Shown here one piece after another: positions 18,758-27,607 of a DNA stretch of 43,782 bases. Source of the stretch: a virus (lineage: Duplodnaviria; Caudoviricetes); the IMG/VR virus record IMGVR_UViG_3300011335_000838, positions 1 through 43,782 of that record; one strand, written 5' to 3'. The stretch's first letter is position 1, and every line of letters begins with the position of its first letter. The position numbers and the translations under genes are program-made. The notes under the pieces were generated by a model. That model saw only the letters and a program-made list of their open reading frames with translations, was not told the DNA's origin and did no database searches.

Positions 18758-19243
18758 ATGGATTGCTCGACACTCTCGCCAGTAACTCCAACGAGTCCTG
18801 TGTATTTTCAATGCTGGGGTAATCGAGCATTACCAGCGACTCTCTCCTATAGCGCAGGCCCAACCACCAACTGGAGCGCAATGGCGTGTAATGATTGGCC
18901 GACATCCGTGATCACGGGGACTCTATATAGAGGGCTGTTTGGAAACAATCTGTGTAACGCCATTTGGAGTACAGCAGTTGGAACGAACTTTGGAGTAATA
19001 TTCAACTACAACGGATTTGCATCAAACCTCCTTCCTGTCAGCTGCACAATAAATCAAGCCAGCATGACTGGTGACTGGTCTATTGGGTCAATTTTTCCTG
19101 GCGTAACATACTCATTGAAATCTGGATCTTGCTCCCAAGCTTCTCCACCAGAGAGCGGGTTAGTTACAATGACATTCAGCACAACTATCACATCCCCATA
19201 CGGCGGGTGTGTCTGTCCGATTACCGTCTCATTTTCAGGATAA
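18758..19243 (+). CDS. Cys/Thr/Ser-rich minor tail protein
   Basis: 161-aa ORF in the tail operon. Confidence 0.6.
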   Translation: MDCSTLSPVTPTSPVYFQCWGNRALPATLSYSAGPTTNWSAMACNDWPTSVITGTLYRGLFGNNLCNAIWSTAVGTNFGVIFNYNGFASNLLPVSCTINQASMTGDWSIGSIFPGVTYSLKSGSCSQASPPESGLVTMTFSTTITSPYGGCVCPITVSFSG

Positions 19244-19249
19244 TCCAAA

Positions 19250-20329
19250 ATGGGATCTGGTTCCTACGCAGTACAGCTTGATGGCACCTGCCTGCAAAAC
19301 CCAACCCGCATTGGAATGCCATTCAAAGAATTCTGCATCCACACCCTGGTAAATACAAACTGGCCATTATCTGCTCCAACATATGTCCTGAGCGGAACCA
19401 CAGGTTGCGCCACATACTATAACAATCCAGGGACAGGATACCTGCCACCACCGAAGATTCCTGATGCGATTGAGAAGGGAGTCCCGGTATACGGCAATAC
19501 AACTTCAACGCCAACGATCCCAGGTCTTTTCAATGTAGGGGATCTTGCGAACTGGAGGTCACGATATATCGACAGTCGCCAAGCCACTTCAGGTGTGGTT
19601 ACTGGGCCTGCTGTCCAACAGGGCCACATGGTCACGGAGGTCCGCAGGAGACTGAAACGAACCACCGCAATAAACAATACTGATTACTTCAATCGTCTTG
19701 GATTCTACTTTACTGACTCCAACACTTCTTTATGCGGGAACAATGACTGGCTTGGGACACTAAATCCTTCCAGCTATTTTTGGACGAATAAAGGCCTGAT
19801 CGAACCGTTCATGGCAGGAGAATTCTTCGAGGATTCGGGTCAATCTCCAGTAATAGCGAACTACTACAACTTCCATACAATCCCATTCTGCACTCCAATT
19901 ACTGCGTACAGCGAAGAAGGAACTGTAAGGGGCCAGTATGTTGGTTACACCATAATTTATGTGTTCTCATTTGGATACATAAATCCCCCAACGACTGGAT
20001 GCAAGCCGCTGGATTACTACAGCTTGTCTCCCACTCCACCAGAAATCGACACTACTCGGCAGCTTCTCTCTCTGGACTGTCACCTGTATATGGCGGCGAG
20101 TCCAGTATCCGCGGGGAGCCTGAAATCTCCCAGGCTAAACACATTCAGGTTTTGGCACTATAACCGGGAAGGAAATCCTTACGATGTCTTTGACAAATAC
20201 TTCTACTTTTTGACTCAGGCTGTGGCAAGCGACTACTGGATATTCAATGTAAATTTCAACCACTACGGTGGCGGAAGTGAGACCATTCAGTTCAATCTCT
20301 CATTCCTGAAATCGTATGTGACTCCATGA
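19250..20329 (+). CDS. hypothetical tail protein
   Basis: 359-aa ORF in the tail operon. Confidence 0.6.
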   Translation: MGSGSYAVQLDGTCLQNPTRIGMPFKEFCIHTLVNTNWPLSAPTYVLSGTTGCATYYNNPGTGYLPPPKIPDAIEKGVPVYGNTTSTPTIPGLFNVGDLANWRSRYIDSRQATSGVVTGPAVQQGHMVTEVRRRLKRTTAINNTDYFNRLGFYFTDSNTSLCGNNDWLGTLNPSSYFWTNKGLIEPFMAGEFFEDSGQSPVIANYYNFHTIPFCTPITAYSEEGTVRGQYVGYTIIYVFSFGYINPPTTGCKPLDYYSLSPTPPEIDTTRQLLSLDCHLYMAASPVSAGSLKSPRLNTFRFWHYNREGNPYDVFDKYFYFLTQAVASDYWIFNVNFNHYGGGSETIQFNLSFLKSYVTP

Positions 20330-21714
20330 GTGAAAATGTACTTGTCGCAACCAATGTGTGCGGAACCATTAACACCATTCCAGTCAACTTGGACTGTTCG
20401 TTGTGCGCTCTAGGATTTCCTCAGGCGGGTGGAACCCTAGGACTTACCTTCTATGACGATTGCGATGCAGTAAGTCGATGGCTGGGTCCAACTGAGGAGA
20501 AGCTATCAGGGTTCCAATGCCCAAGACCCGCAATGAATGCTGAACCAGTGCCGAACACATGGATTGCAACGGGAACTTTCAATGGAATCGCTGTAGGGTC
20601 ATGCGTCAATCAATACCGAACCATCTCGACCCTGACAGCAATATCCACCACCCAGATCAGCATTTCCGTAATCGTTTATGTGTTGCGTCCGTACGGTGCA
20701 GGCAATGCCTGGATAACCTATGCAACATTCTCGGAAACCCTCACCGAATTGGCCAATGTCGATACCACAACATATAGGCAACGGAACTATCTGAGTCCTG
20801 TGAATTTGTCATTTACTCCCAACGCAATTGGGGGAGTTGGTGATGCTAAGAAATTCAAGATTCGCGTCACACTATTGCCCATGAGAATTGGATGTAGCGG
20901 GGCACCTCAGACATCAGTTCCTAATTGTGGATTCTGGGACGGCACTCAATGGCTAACCTGTTTGCGTGGATTCATCTCCTCCACGGCAAATTACCTTCGT
21001 CGAGAGTTCACGCAGCTGGGATTCAATGCTAGCGGATGCGGCGGAACAGATGCTTGCGGATGTGACCAGATCGTTCTGACTGCCACCAGCCCTCCAGCAG
21101 GTAATACAATATATAACAGCGGAGGAACATTCGTCACCAAATATGGAGTCCTTGGCCTGCCAGGAGCAATCGAGGCCATAGGTGCTACGCAAGAGCTTCA
21201 GGTTTGCGCTCCAACAGGATGCGGAGTGGATATAGTTGTAAAGCAAGTTAATGGTGGATCTATCTATATATGTACAAATGACAATAATGCAGGGTGGGTA
21301 GTATCACTTGCTACTGTAGCTCAATCATCTAGCCCAAGGATATTGACTGCCACACGAACTGGGTTTGTGGTGTACTTGTACACTCTGAACTTTCCAAACA
21401 GTGAAATTCTAAGCGAGGAGTGTTACACAACAATAGGTGAAGGGATATTTCAAGATCCTCCTCCTGAGCCTTCTCCCTCACTGGACGGTCCAGAGATGCC
21501 AAGGGGGGCTAAACAGTCAATTATTCAGAGAATATCAATCCCCTGTGTCAACCTGGGCCTTCCTCTGGAGAGTTCCAATAGTTGTGGGTGTGGAACCGCT
21601 GTGAAACATTCCTGTTCAATTTATGGTGAATGCAGGAAATTTGGTGGCAAGGATGGCGAATCAATGGTGTTATGTATAAATTGTAAAGATTACAGCCCAA
21701 AAGATTCATCTTGA
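20326..21714 (+). CDS. Cys-rich tail protein
   Basis: 462 aa; C-terminal C..LG.....CGC......C..YG.C......C..C.DY cluster. Confidence 0.6.
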   Translation: MSENVLVATNVCGTINTIPVNLDCSLCALGFPQAGGTLGLTFYDDCDAVSRWLGPTEEKLSGFQCPRPAMNAEPVPNTWIATGTFNGIAVGSCVNQYRTISTLTAISTTQISISVIVYVLRPYGAGNAWITYATFSETLTELANVDTTTYRQRNYLSPVNLSFTPNAIGGVGDAKKFKIRVTLLPMRIGCSGAPQTSVPNCGFWDGTQWLTCLRGFISSTANYLRREFTQLGFNASGCGGTDACGCDQIVLTATSPPAGNTIYNSGGTFVTKYGVLGLPGAIEAIGATQELQVCAPTGCGVDIVVKQVNGGSIYICTNDNNAGWVVSLATVAQSSSPRILTATRTGFVVYLYTLNFPNSEILSEECYTTIGEGIFQDPPPEPSPSLDGPEMPRGAKQSIIQRISIPCVNLGLPLESSNSCGCGTAVKHSCSIYGECRKFGGKDGESMVLCINCKDYSPKDSS

Positions 21715-21738
21715 ACATTTATATTATGATAGTACGAT
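21711..21738 (+). promoter_or_regulatory. possible sigma70-like promoter
   Basis: TTGAAC-N16-TACGAT in an AT-rich gap before the holin-like gene. Confidence 0.35.
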
Positions 21739-21769
21739 ATTACTAATATACATTTTGCTTGGAGTTATT

Positions 21770-22024
21770 ATGGACCTTGCTGAAATCGTTAGGTCTATAG
21801 GCCTGCCATCAGTCATTATACTTGGGATAGCATATGCTTTCTATCATAGTTCCACCTGGTTCGGGCGTGAGATTATAGTTCCACTCCGAGACCGGCATTT
21901 TGCGTTTTTATCATCGTTGGAAGGCACACTAAAAGCCCTCGCAACGACACAGCAAAGCATGGCTAACGAGATGGAACGGATCAGCGGATTGGTGCAAAGT
22001 TGTCCGCAAAAAGGGGTTGAATAA
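21770..22024 (+). CDS. holin-like membrane protein (putative)
   Basis: ATG 21770 after GGAG; one N-terminal TM segment (IGLPSVIILGIAYAFY) plus coiled coil. Confidence 0.5.
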   Translation: MDLAEIVRSIGLPSVIILGIAYAFYHSSTWFGREIIVPLRDRHFAFLSSLEGTLKALATTQQSMANEMERISGLVQSCPQKGVE

Positions 22025-22155
22025 TGAGCTTACCGCTTCTAGGTGCTGGGCCAGCCGTAGACGGTCCCTCTTACCCTGCCAATGCCCTCGCATGGCAAGG
22101 ATTAACCGATATTTTCTCATGGTCAACCGCTACTGATTTCCTATCATGGAGCTAA
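22024..22155 (+). CDS. small protein (43 aa, MSLPLLGAGPAVDGPSYPANALAWQGLTDIFSWSTATDFLSWS)
   Basis: Hand-translated; fills the gap exactly between the holin-like stop and the fibre start. Confidence 0.6.
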   Translation: MSLPLLGAGPAVDGPSYPANALAWQGLTDIFSWSTATDFLSWS

Positions 22156-22158
22156 AAA

Positions 22159-22998
22159 GTGGCAATTAAACGCATCGACGAACTAAGTGCCGCAACTCCA
22201 CTATTGACGGACTTCCTGCCCGTTACGCCCACGGGTGGGCCTTCAAGTAAAGCTACAACAGCGTCAGTTGTGGTAGCTGGGCTTAATCAGCCTAATAGCA
22301 CTACAGGTGCTGGTGCCAATTTAACGATTAAGGCGGCTAATGCTGGGGTTACTAATGGAGCTGGCGGTTCAATTATCCTGAGACCAGGCCTGCAATTAAC
22401 TTCTGGAGGAGACGGACAGGTAAGACTTGCTGACGCAGCTAACGCTAATAATTATCTGGCAATAGCCAACGCTTCTGGGCACTGTTCCGTATCTACTTCT
22501 GGTTGGTCATACATAAAAGTAAATAATACTTTATACACAAATCAAAGTTCATTTGGTTTTAGCGTAGGTAGTGAATGGGTAACCGCTGCCTTAAAGCATG
22601 CTGGCGGAAGCTCTCAACATATGGCAGTAATACAGGTAACGGACGGATCAACAGGTGGTGGATCATTTGCCTACACTCACGAAAATATCAACCTCACCAG
22701 CGTTACTGATGCTGCTTCAATTACTGGCTCCGGCTATCAACGCATTACAGGTGGTACAGTTCTAAACGGCATCCTGCCGCCGCCACCCGCTGGCGTACAT
22801 GTTAGCGGCAGAATGATAAAAATAGTAAATACCACAGGATCAGCTATCACGGTAGCAAACGAAAGCACATCGGTGACAACTGTTGGAAACAGGCTGAAAA
22901 CTCCAACCGGAGCATCAATAAACTTAGGCGCAAATCATATGCTGCAATGTATCTACGATACCGTCGATAGCAGATGGCGTGTATGGATGACTTCGTAA
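22159..22998 (+). CDS. fibre protein 1
   Basis: N-terminal KRIDELSAATP attachment motif; Gly/Thr-rich body; C-terminal YD....RWRV. Confidence 0.7.
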   Translation: MAIKRIDELSAATPLLTDFLPVTPTGGPSSKATTASVVVAGLNQPNSTTGAGANLTIKAANAGVTNGAGGSIILRPGLQLTSGGDGQVRLADAANANNYLAIANASGHCSVSTSGWSYIKVNNTLYTNQSSFGFSVGSEWVTAALKHAGGSSQHMAVIQVTDGSTGGGSFAYTHENINLTSVTDAASITGSGYQRITGGTVLNGILPPPPAGVHVSGRMIKIVNTTGSAITVANESTSVTTVGNRLKTPTGASINLGANHMLQCIYDTVDSRWRVWMTS

Positions 22999-23014
22999 TT
23001 TAAGGAGACTTATC

Positions 23015-23347
23015 ATGCCTGATGAAATTATTGAACCTGCTGGTCTAGCGATTCCAGCATCGAGTCCTACTGTGATTCCACCCGCTTTGAAGCGTGAGTT
23101 AGATCAATGGCTAGTTGCTAGATTGTTGTTTTCTGGTGACGGTGTGCGAGTTCCAATGACGGGCGAAGCATGGTTTGTTAAGGCTAAAAAAACCGATGGA
23201 TTCTGGGATATTGATGATTCGGTTAAGGTAAATTTGCACATTCCTGATGTATGGGCTAAGGCTGCAACCGACCCAGAAGTAGCCCAGGCTGTCGCTGCGT
23301 TGGTGCTAGTGTTAAATAAGTTGGGTAATGAGGCAGGGATTCTGTGA
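23015..23347 (+). CDS. fibre-associated protein/chaperone (putative)
   Basis: Follows fibre 1, AAGGAG RBS. Confidence 0.55.
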   Translation: MPDEIIEPAGLAIPASSPTVIPPALKRELDQWLVARLLFSGDGVRVPMTGEAWFVKAKKTDGFWDIDDSVKVNLHIPDVWAKAATDPEVAQAVAALVLVLNKLGNEAGIL

Positions 23348-23430
23348 TCGAGGAGTTCGCAACTGAAGCCGAGGGCGTGGCGAGAATCGCTGCGCTGGTA
23401 GCTCGCGGCTGCACCGTCACCCATAATTAA
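23344..23430 (+). pseudogene. chimeric remnant of a fibre chaperone and a fibre-2 C-terminus
   Basis: Reads VIEEFATEAEGVARIAAL|VARGCTVTHN*; first part matches 24726..24938, second matches the end of 23443..24714. Confidence 0.8.
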
Positions 23431-23442
23431 GGAGTCTAGTAG

Positions 23443-24714
23443 GTGGCAAATAAACGCATCGACGAATTAACTGCCGCGACTCCGGTTATCGGGGATTTTG
23501 TCGCTACAACTGGAGTGGGTGGACCTGCGACCAAGGCGACAGTGCAGCAGGCAGCCAATGCAGGGCTGCGTTTAGATACAGCCGTTATTGAGACCTATAC
23601 TGGGACAAATTATGTCCCTTACACTTATGCAATAACTCCAGGATTTCCGACAAGCTGTAATGGGGTTTTGACTGGCGTTAACACAGCAGGAGTTACGGTC
23701 GAGAGGTATGATCTGGCGGGTTCTGGGTTAGTGACGATAACGCAGAGCAATTTGGTTGGTGTTAGCGGTAACTATCAGCCCAACGGCATGGCATCGCTTA
23801 CCTCCTTATCCGCTCCGTTATTGGCTTATGTTGGTGGTGACTACGGCCCCAGCAACATGGCTGCTCTTACCACCCTATCCGCTCCACTACTAGCTTATGT
23901 TGGCAGTGGCTACAGCCCCAACAACATGGCTGCTCTTACCACCCTATCCACTCCACTACTAGCTTATATTGGTGGTAGCTACAGCACCAACACCATGGCT
24001 GCTCTTACTACCCTATCCGCTCCACTACTAGCTTATGTTGGTACTACCTACGGCCCCAGCACCATGGCTGCTCTTACCACCCTATCCGCTCCACTACTAG
24101 CTTATGTTGGTAATAACTACCAGCCCAGCAACATGGCTGCTCTTACCACCCTATCCGCTCCACTACTAGCTTATGTTAATAATAGCTACCAGCCCAGCAA
24201 CATGGCTGCTCTTACCACCCTATCCGCTCCACTACTAGCTTATGTTGGTATTAGCTACCAGCCCAGCAGCATGGCTGCTCTTACCACCATAGGCCTTCCA
24301 GCTCTGACAAGCGTCGGTGTAAACATAGCCAGAACTGTTTTTACCTCTGGACGAATTGCACCGGCAACAATGGCAGCGTTGACATCCCTAACTTTTCCGG
24401 TAATTGAAGTTATAGGTTCAACTAGTAGCATCTCAGTAAACATCATCACCGCTACAGCAGCATTAAGCACTTTCACGCTGGGCAGCACATTGCAGCGGGT
24501 TGAGGGCAATGTAATCATGACCAGCTGCGCTCTGACGCAGGCTTCCGTTGATAACTTGTTGGTCCGATTAGCAGCACTAGACGGCACCGGATTGACGACC
24601 GCCTACAGCTCAAAAACTGTAACAATTACCGGCACATCCGCAACGCCGTCAGCAACTGGGCTGGCGGCTAAGGCTACCTTGGTAGCTCGTGGATGTACTG
24701 TAACCCATAACTAA
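23443..24714 (+). CDS. fibre protein 2 with LRR/L-domain-like 23-aa repeats
   Basis: KRIDELTAATP N-terminus; eight repeats of xxYxPxxMAALTTLSAPLLAYVG. Confidence 0.8.
   Translation: MANKRIDELTAATPVIGDFVATTGVGGPATKATVQQAANAGLRLDTAVIETYTGTNYVPYTYAITPGFPTSCNGVLTGVNTAGVTVERYDLAGSGLVTITQSNLVGVSGNYQPNGMASLTSLSAPLLAYVGGDYGPSNMAALTTLSAPLLAYVGSGYSPNNMAALTTLSTPLLAYIGGSYSTNTMAALTTLSAPLLAYVGTTYGPSTMAALTTLSAPLLAYVGNNYQPSNMAALTTLSAPLLAYVNNSYQPSNMAALTTLSAPLLAYVGISYQPSSMAALTTIGLPALTSVGVNIARTVFTSGRIAPATMAALTSLTFPVIEVIGSTSSISVNIITATAALSTFTLGSTLQRVEGNVIMTSCALTQASVDNLLVRLAALDGTGLTTAYSSKTVTITGTSATPSATGLAAKATLVARGCTVTHN
23764..24318 (+). repeat. 69-bp coding tandem repeat, 8 units
   Basis: Near-invariant atggctgctcttaccaccctatccgctccactactagcttatgtt alternating with a 24-nt variable segment; first and last units diverged. 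Confidence 0.95.
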
Positions 24715-24725
24715 GGAGCCTTGAC

Positions 24726-24938
24726 ATGCCGAATACTGTTGGACCTGATCCGAGTTGGCGTTTGGTTCATGATGATATTTACTACTATTCGTGGTTTGAA
24801 TCGGGTGGATATACGACTTCGATTTATGTGATTGAAGAATTCACAACTGAGGCCGAAGGCGTGGCGAGAATCGCTGCGCTGGGGCTGGTGGATATCAATC
24901 CGCCTGAGCCACCGCCAGAACCACCTGTACTGGAATAA
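24726..24938 (+). CDS. fibre-associated small acidic protein
   Basis: AAGGAG RBS; follows fibre 2. Confidence 0.65.
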   Translation: MPNTVGPDPSWRLVHDDIYYYSWFESGGYTTSIYVIEEFTTEAEGVARIAALGLVDINPPEPPPEPPVLE

Positions 24939-24953
24939 ACTGGAGGCGTTCCG

Positions 24954-25139
24954 ATGCTCGAAAACATCCCCTGCGATGCCGACATAATCAGCCTAGGGGT
25001 GTTTTCGGCGCATTGCCTTTTTACGCTTGGCTTTTTGATCGGCATGGTATGGAAAAAGCTATTTGGAAAACAGCTGGGGCTGGTGGATATCAATCCGCCT
25101 GAGCCACCGCCAGAATTACCTGTACTGTCGCTGGAATAG
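24954..25139 (+). CDS. small membrane protein, chimeric duplicate
   Basis: GGAGG RBS; N-terminus paralogous to 25151..25285, C-terminus copies LGLVDINPPEPPPE of 24726..24938. Confidence 0.55.
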   Translation: MLENIPCDADIISLGVFSAHCLFTLGFLIGMVWKKLFGKQLGLVDINPPEPPPELPVLSLE

Positions 25140-25150
25140 GGGTTGCTCCG

Positions 25151-25285
25151 ATGATCGAAAACATCCCCTGGGTACTGATTGCTCTAATTAGCCTGGGGGT
25201 GTTTTCCGCACATTGCCTGCTCACTCTAGGCTTCGTCCTTGGAATGTCATGGAAATCCCTATTTGGATCAAAAGATAAGCCATGA
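25151..25285 (+). CDS. small membrane protein (44 aa, MIENIPWVLIALISLGVFSAHCLLTLGFVLGMSWKSLFGSKDKP)
   Basis: Hand-translated; ATGA overlap with the HNH gene. Confidence 0.6.
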   Translation: MIENIPWVLIALISLGVFSAHCLLTLGFVLGMSWKSLFGSKDKP

Positions 25286-25623
25286 GCCTGCTCAACCGGA
25301 TAGTTGGATCTGTAATCCAAATATGGGGTCAAACTCAGCGTAGTCCTCAATGGGGAGCGGTGCGGGATCATTGGGTCAAATCGAATCCATCATGCGCTGG
25401 GTGTGGTGCGATATTTAAATTAGAAGCGCATCACATCATTCCATTTCATGAGAATAGAGAACTCGAATTATCTGAACAGAATCTGGTAACCCTCTGCCGT
25501 GAATGCCATTTCCAGATCGGCCATATGAGAGACTGGTCGCTATTCAATCCTCAAGTAATAGCTGATGCAGCAGTTTATAAAAACCGTTACAATGAATCGA
25601 GAAATAACCACAAGTTGTATTGA
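25282..25623 (+). CDS. HNH endonuclease
   Basis: CAGCG...EAHHIIPF...NLVTLCRECH. Confidence 0.9.
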   Translation: MSLLNRIVGSVIQIWGQTQRSPQWGAVRDHWVKSNPSCAGCGAIFKLEAHHIIPFHENRELELSEQNLVTLCRECHFQIGHMRDWSLFNPQVIADAAVYKNRYNESRNNHKLY

Positions 25624-25636
25624 GAGAAGCCCCCCC

Positions 25637-26332
25637 ATGCTCTTGTTCATATGCCTCCTGCTTAACGCTGATCCAGAATTAAAATTTGTCTCCCCCATTC
25701 TGTCTGCTCCTGGACAGTTCATTCCTATTAAACCGTCCAGTGTGAGTGGAAAGATTGTCAAATATGTCGCGATTGATCCGGGCCTAAGTGTGTTTCCATC
25801 AAACCTCCTGACAGATCAATCTGCGACAGTTATTGTGGCCCAAATGCCGGGCCGTTACAGGGTGCTAGCCTATACGGCTGTTGGCGATATTCCATCAGAT
25901 CCAGTCATGATTGTCCTGGAAATATCTGGAAACGGTCCCCTACCCCCAGTTGTGCCACCAAAACCCGGTCCTGACACAATCCCCAATGATCCTCTTACCG
26001 CATCGATATCGGGGATTTTTGGGGCATTAACTGAGCCTAATAAAGAGATTAACCTCAAGACTCTTGGATCGTTCTACAGGGAATGTGCAAAGCTGTATAA
26101 AGATCCTGCCTTCCTAAATGTAGGCCAAGTATTCTCAGCTTCAAAAAAGTTATCAGAATCAATGCTGCCTAACTCTGTATTGCGCCCAGTTCGTGAGAAA
26201 TTCGGAGCGGAACTCAATATAGACTTTCCAACAGATGCGAACTCAGTTTTAACTGATGAACTTCGCTTGAAAGTCACAACTAAATTAGAGCGATTAGCCA
26301 AGGTTATCGATCAAGTCTTGGCGGGAGGATAA
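25637..26332 (+). CDS. exported protein with Ig-like N-terminal domain and Pro-rich linker (putative)
   Basis: Hydrophobic MLLFICLLL start, PGRYRVLAYTA strand, PLPPVVPPKPGP linker, helical C-terminus. Confidence 0.65.
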   Translation: MLLFICLLLNADPELKFVSPILSAPGQFIPIKPSSVSGKIVKYVAIDPGLSVFPSNLLTDQSATVIVAQMPGRYRVLAYTAVGDIPSDPVMIVLEISGNGPLPPVVPPKPGPDTIPNDPLTASISGIFGALTEPNKEINLKTLGSFYRECAKLYKDPAFLNVGQVFSASKKLSESMLPNSVLRPVREKFGAELNIDFPTDANSVLTDELRLKVTTKLERLAKVIDQVLAGG

Positions 26333-26333
26333 C

Positions 26334-27230
26334 ATGGAAGACCTGCATTTCGGTTGGTTTAATGACCCATTTGAAGTTGCCGCTATTGCTCAGCAACAAC
26401 CATTTCAAACATTCTCAGATACTCCAGCCTCAGAAGTTGGCGATATCCCAGACTCCTACTTCTCCTGGAAAGTCTTTGAGAATGTGACCAGGTCGAAAAT
26501 GCTGAATGAGAATCAGGGTAGCATCGGATCTTGCGTCTCATTTGGAACAGCAGCTGCAATCGAATGCACCATGATCCATGAAATAGCTTCTGGCAGCAAT
26601 GAGGACTTTCGCGAGATCTGTCAGGAAGTAATTTATGGTGGTAGCCGCGTTGAGATCGGTGGCAACCGCATTAGTGGTGATGGCTCCATCGGCGCATGGG
26701 CGGCTCAATTCGTGACCAAATACGGATTTCTGGACCGTGGAGTGTATTTGAGCGGGAAGTACGATCTAACCAAATATGATGTGTCACGATGCAAGTTGTG
26801 GGGGACCAAGGGAGTTCCTGATGATCTAGAACCTGAAGTAAAGAAGCATCCTGTCAAAACTATTACTCAGGTCAAATCATGGGATGAGGCTAAAAAAGCC
26901 TTGGCGCAAGGATACGGTATTTCTGTGTGTTCTAATCAGGGATTCAAGATGGTCAGGGATAAGGATGGATTCTGCACCGATAGTGGCAGATGGGGCCATT
27001 GCATGGCACTAATTGGTTATCGGACCAAGGGGCGTGAGGGCGGGTTCATCAAAAACAGCTGGGGTGCAGACGCAATGACCGGCCCAATAGGTGAGGGTGA
27101 TGGGCCTCCTTCAGGATTTTGGGCGGATTCTGCTGTAGTCGATAGAATGCTTAAAGCAGGGGACAGTTGGGCCTTCTCTGCTGTCGAAGGTTTTCCCAAA
27201 AAAGATATCATTGATTGGTCAACAATTTAA
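26334..27230 (+). CDS. papain-like (C1) cysteine peptidase
   Basis: NQGSIGSCVSFG (Gln/Cys), WGHCMALIGY (His), IKNSWG (Asn). Confidence 0.9.
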   Translation: MEDLHFGWFNDPFEVAAIAQQQPFQTFSDTPASEVGDIPDSYFSWKVFENVTRSKMLNENQGSIGSCVSFGTAAAIECTMIHEIASGSNEDFREICQEVIYGGSRVEIGGNRISGDGSIGAWAAQFVTKYGFLDRGVYLSGKYDLTKYDVSRCKLWGTKGVPDDLEPEVKKHPVKTITQVKSWDEAKKALAQGYGISVCSNQGFKMVRDKDGFCTDSGRWGHCMALIGYRTKGREGGFIKNSWGADAMTGPIGEGDGPPSGFWADSAVVDRMLKAGDSWAFSAVEGFPKKDIIDWSTI

Positions 27231-27240
27231 GGAGACTCTA

Positions 27241-27561
27241 ATGCTGACGCCTTACCCGCAGGTTTTTCCTCAAGAAGCCGTAATGATGCTGCTTGACAAG
27301 GTCAGGGGCCGTGAAGTTCCGCTGACGGATATGATTCACGGTGCCTGGAATGTAGTGGGTTATTCCTGCCAGCAAACCTTGGGCGGTGGCCAGATTGTTG
27401 GCCAGGAAGCTTTTGCTCAAAACCTGAGTGATGAAGATCTTCTCCAGGCTGTACTGGATCAGAATAATCCTAATCCTGAAGGCGTTGTAAGCCTGACGAT
27501 GATTCCTTGGCTATTGGTTGGAAGAATTGCCCTGAAGCTGCTAATCACCATCCTGGCGTGA
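27241..27561 (+). CDS. hypothetical protein with hydrophobic C-terminus
   Basis: ATG 27241 after AAGGAG. Confidence 0.65.
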   Translation: MLTPYPQVFPQEAVMMLLDKVRGREVPLTDMIHGAWNVVGYSCQQTLGGGQIVGQEAFAQNLSDEDLLQAVLDQNNPNPEGVVSLTMIPWLLVGRIALKLLITILA

Positions 27562-27607
27562 TTACCCAAGATGAGGGGAGATCGGGTTCCGTATGGCCCT
27601 TGTGGGG

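Noticed and set aside
23764-24318. CRISPR array (constant repeat with variable spacers)
   Set aside because: Units are 69 bp in frame within a protein, the variable parts are homologous to each other, and no cas genes are present.
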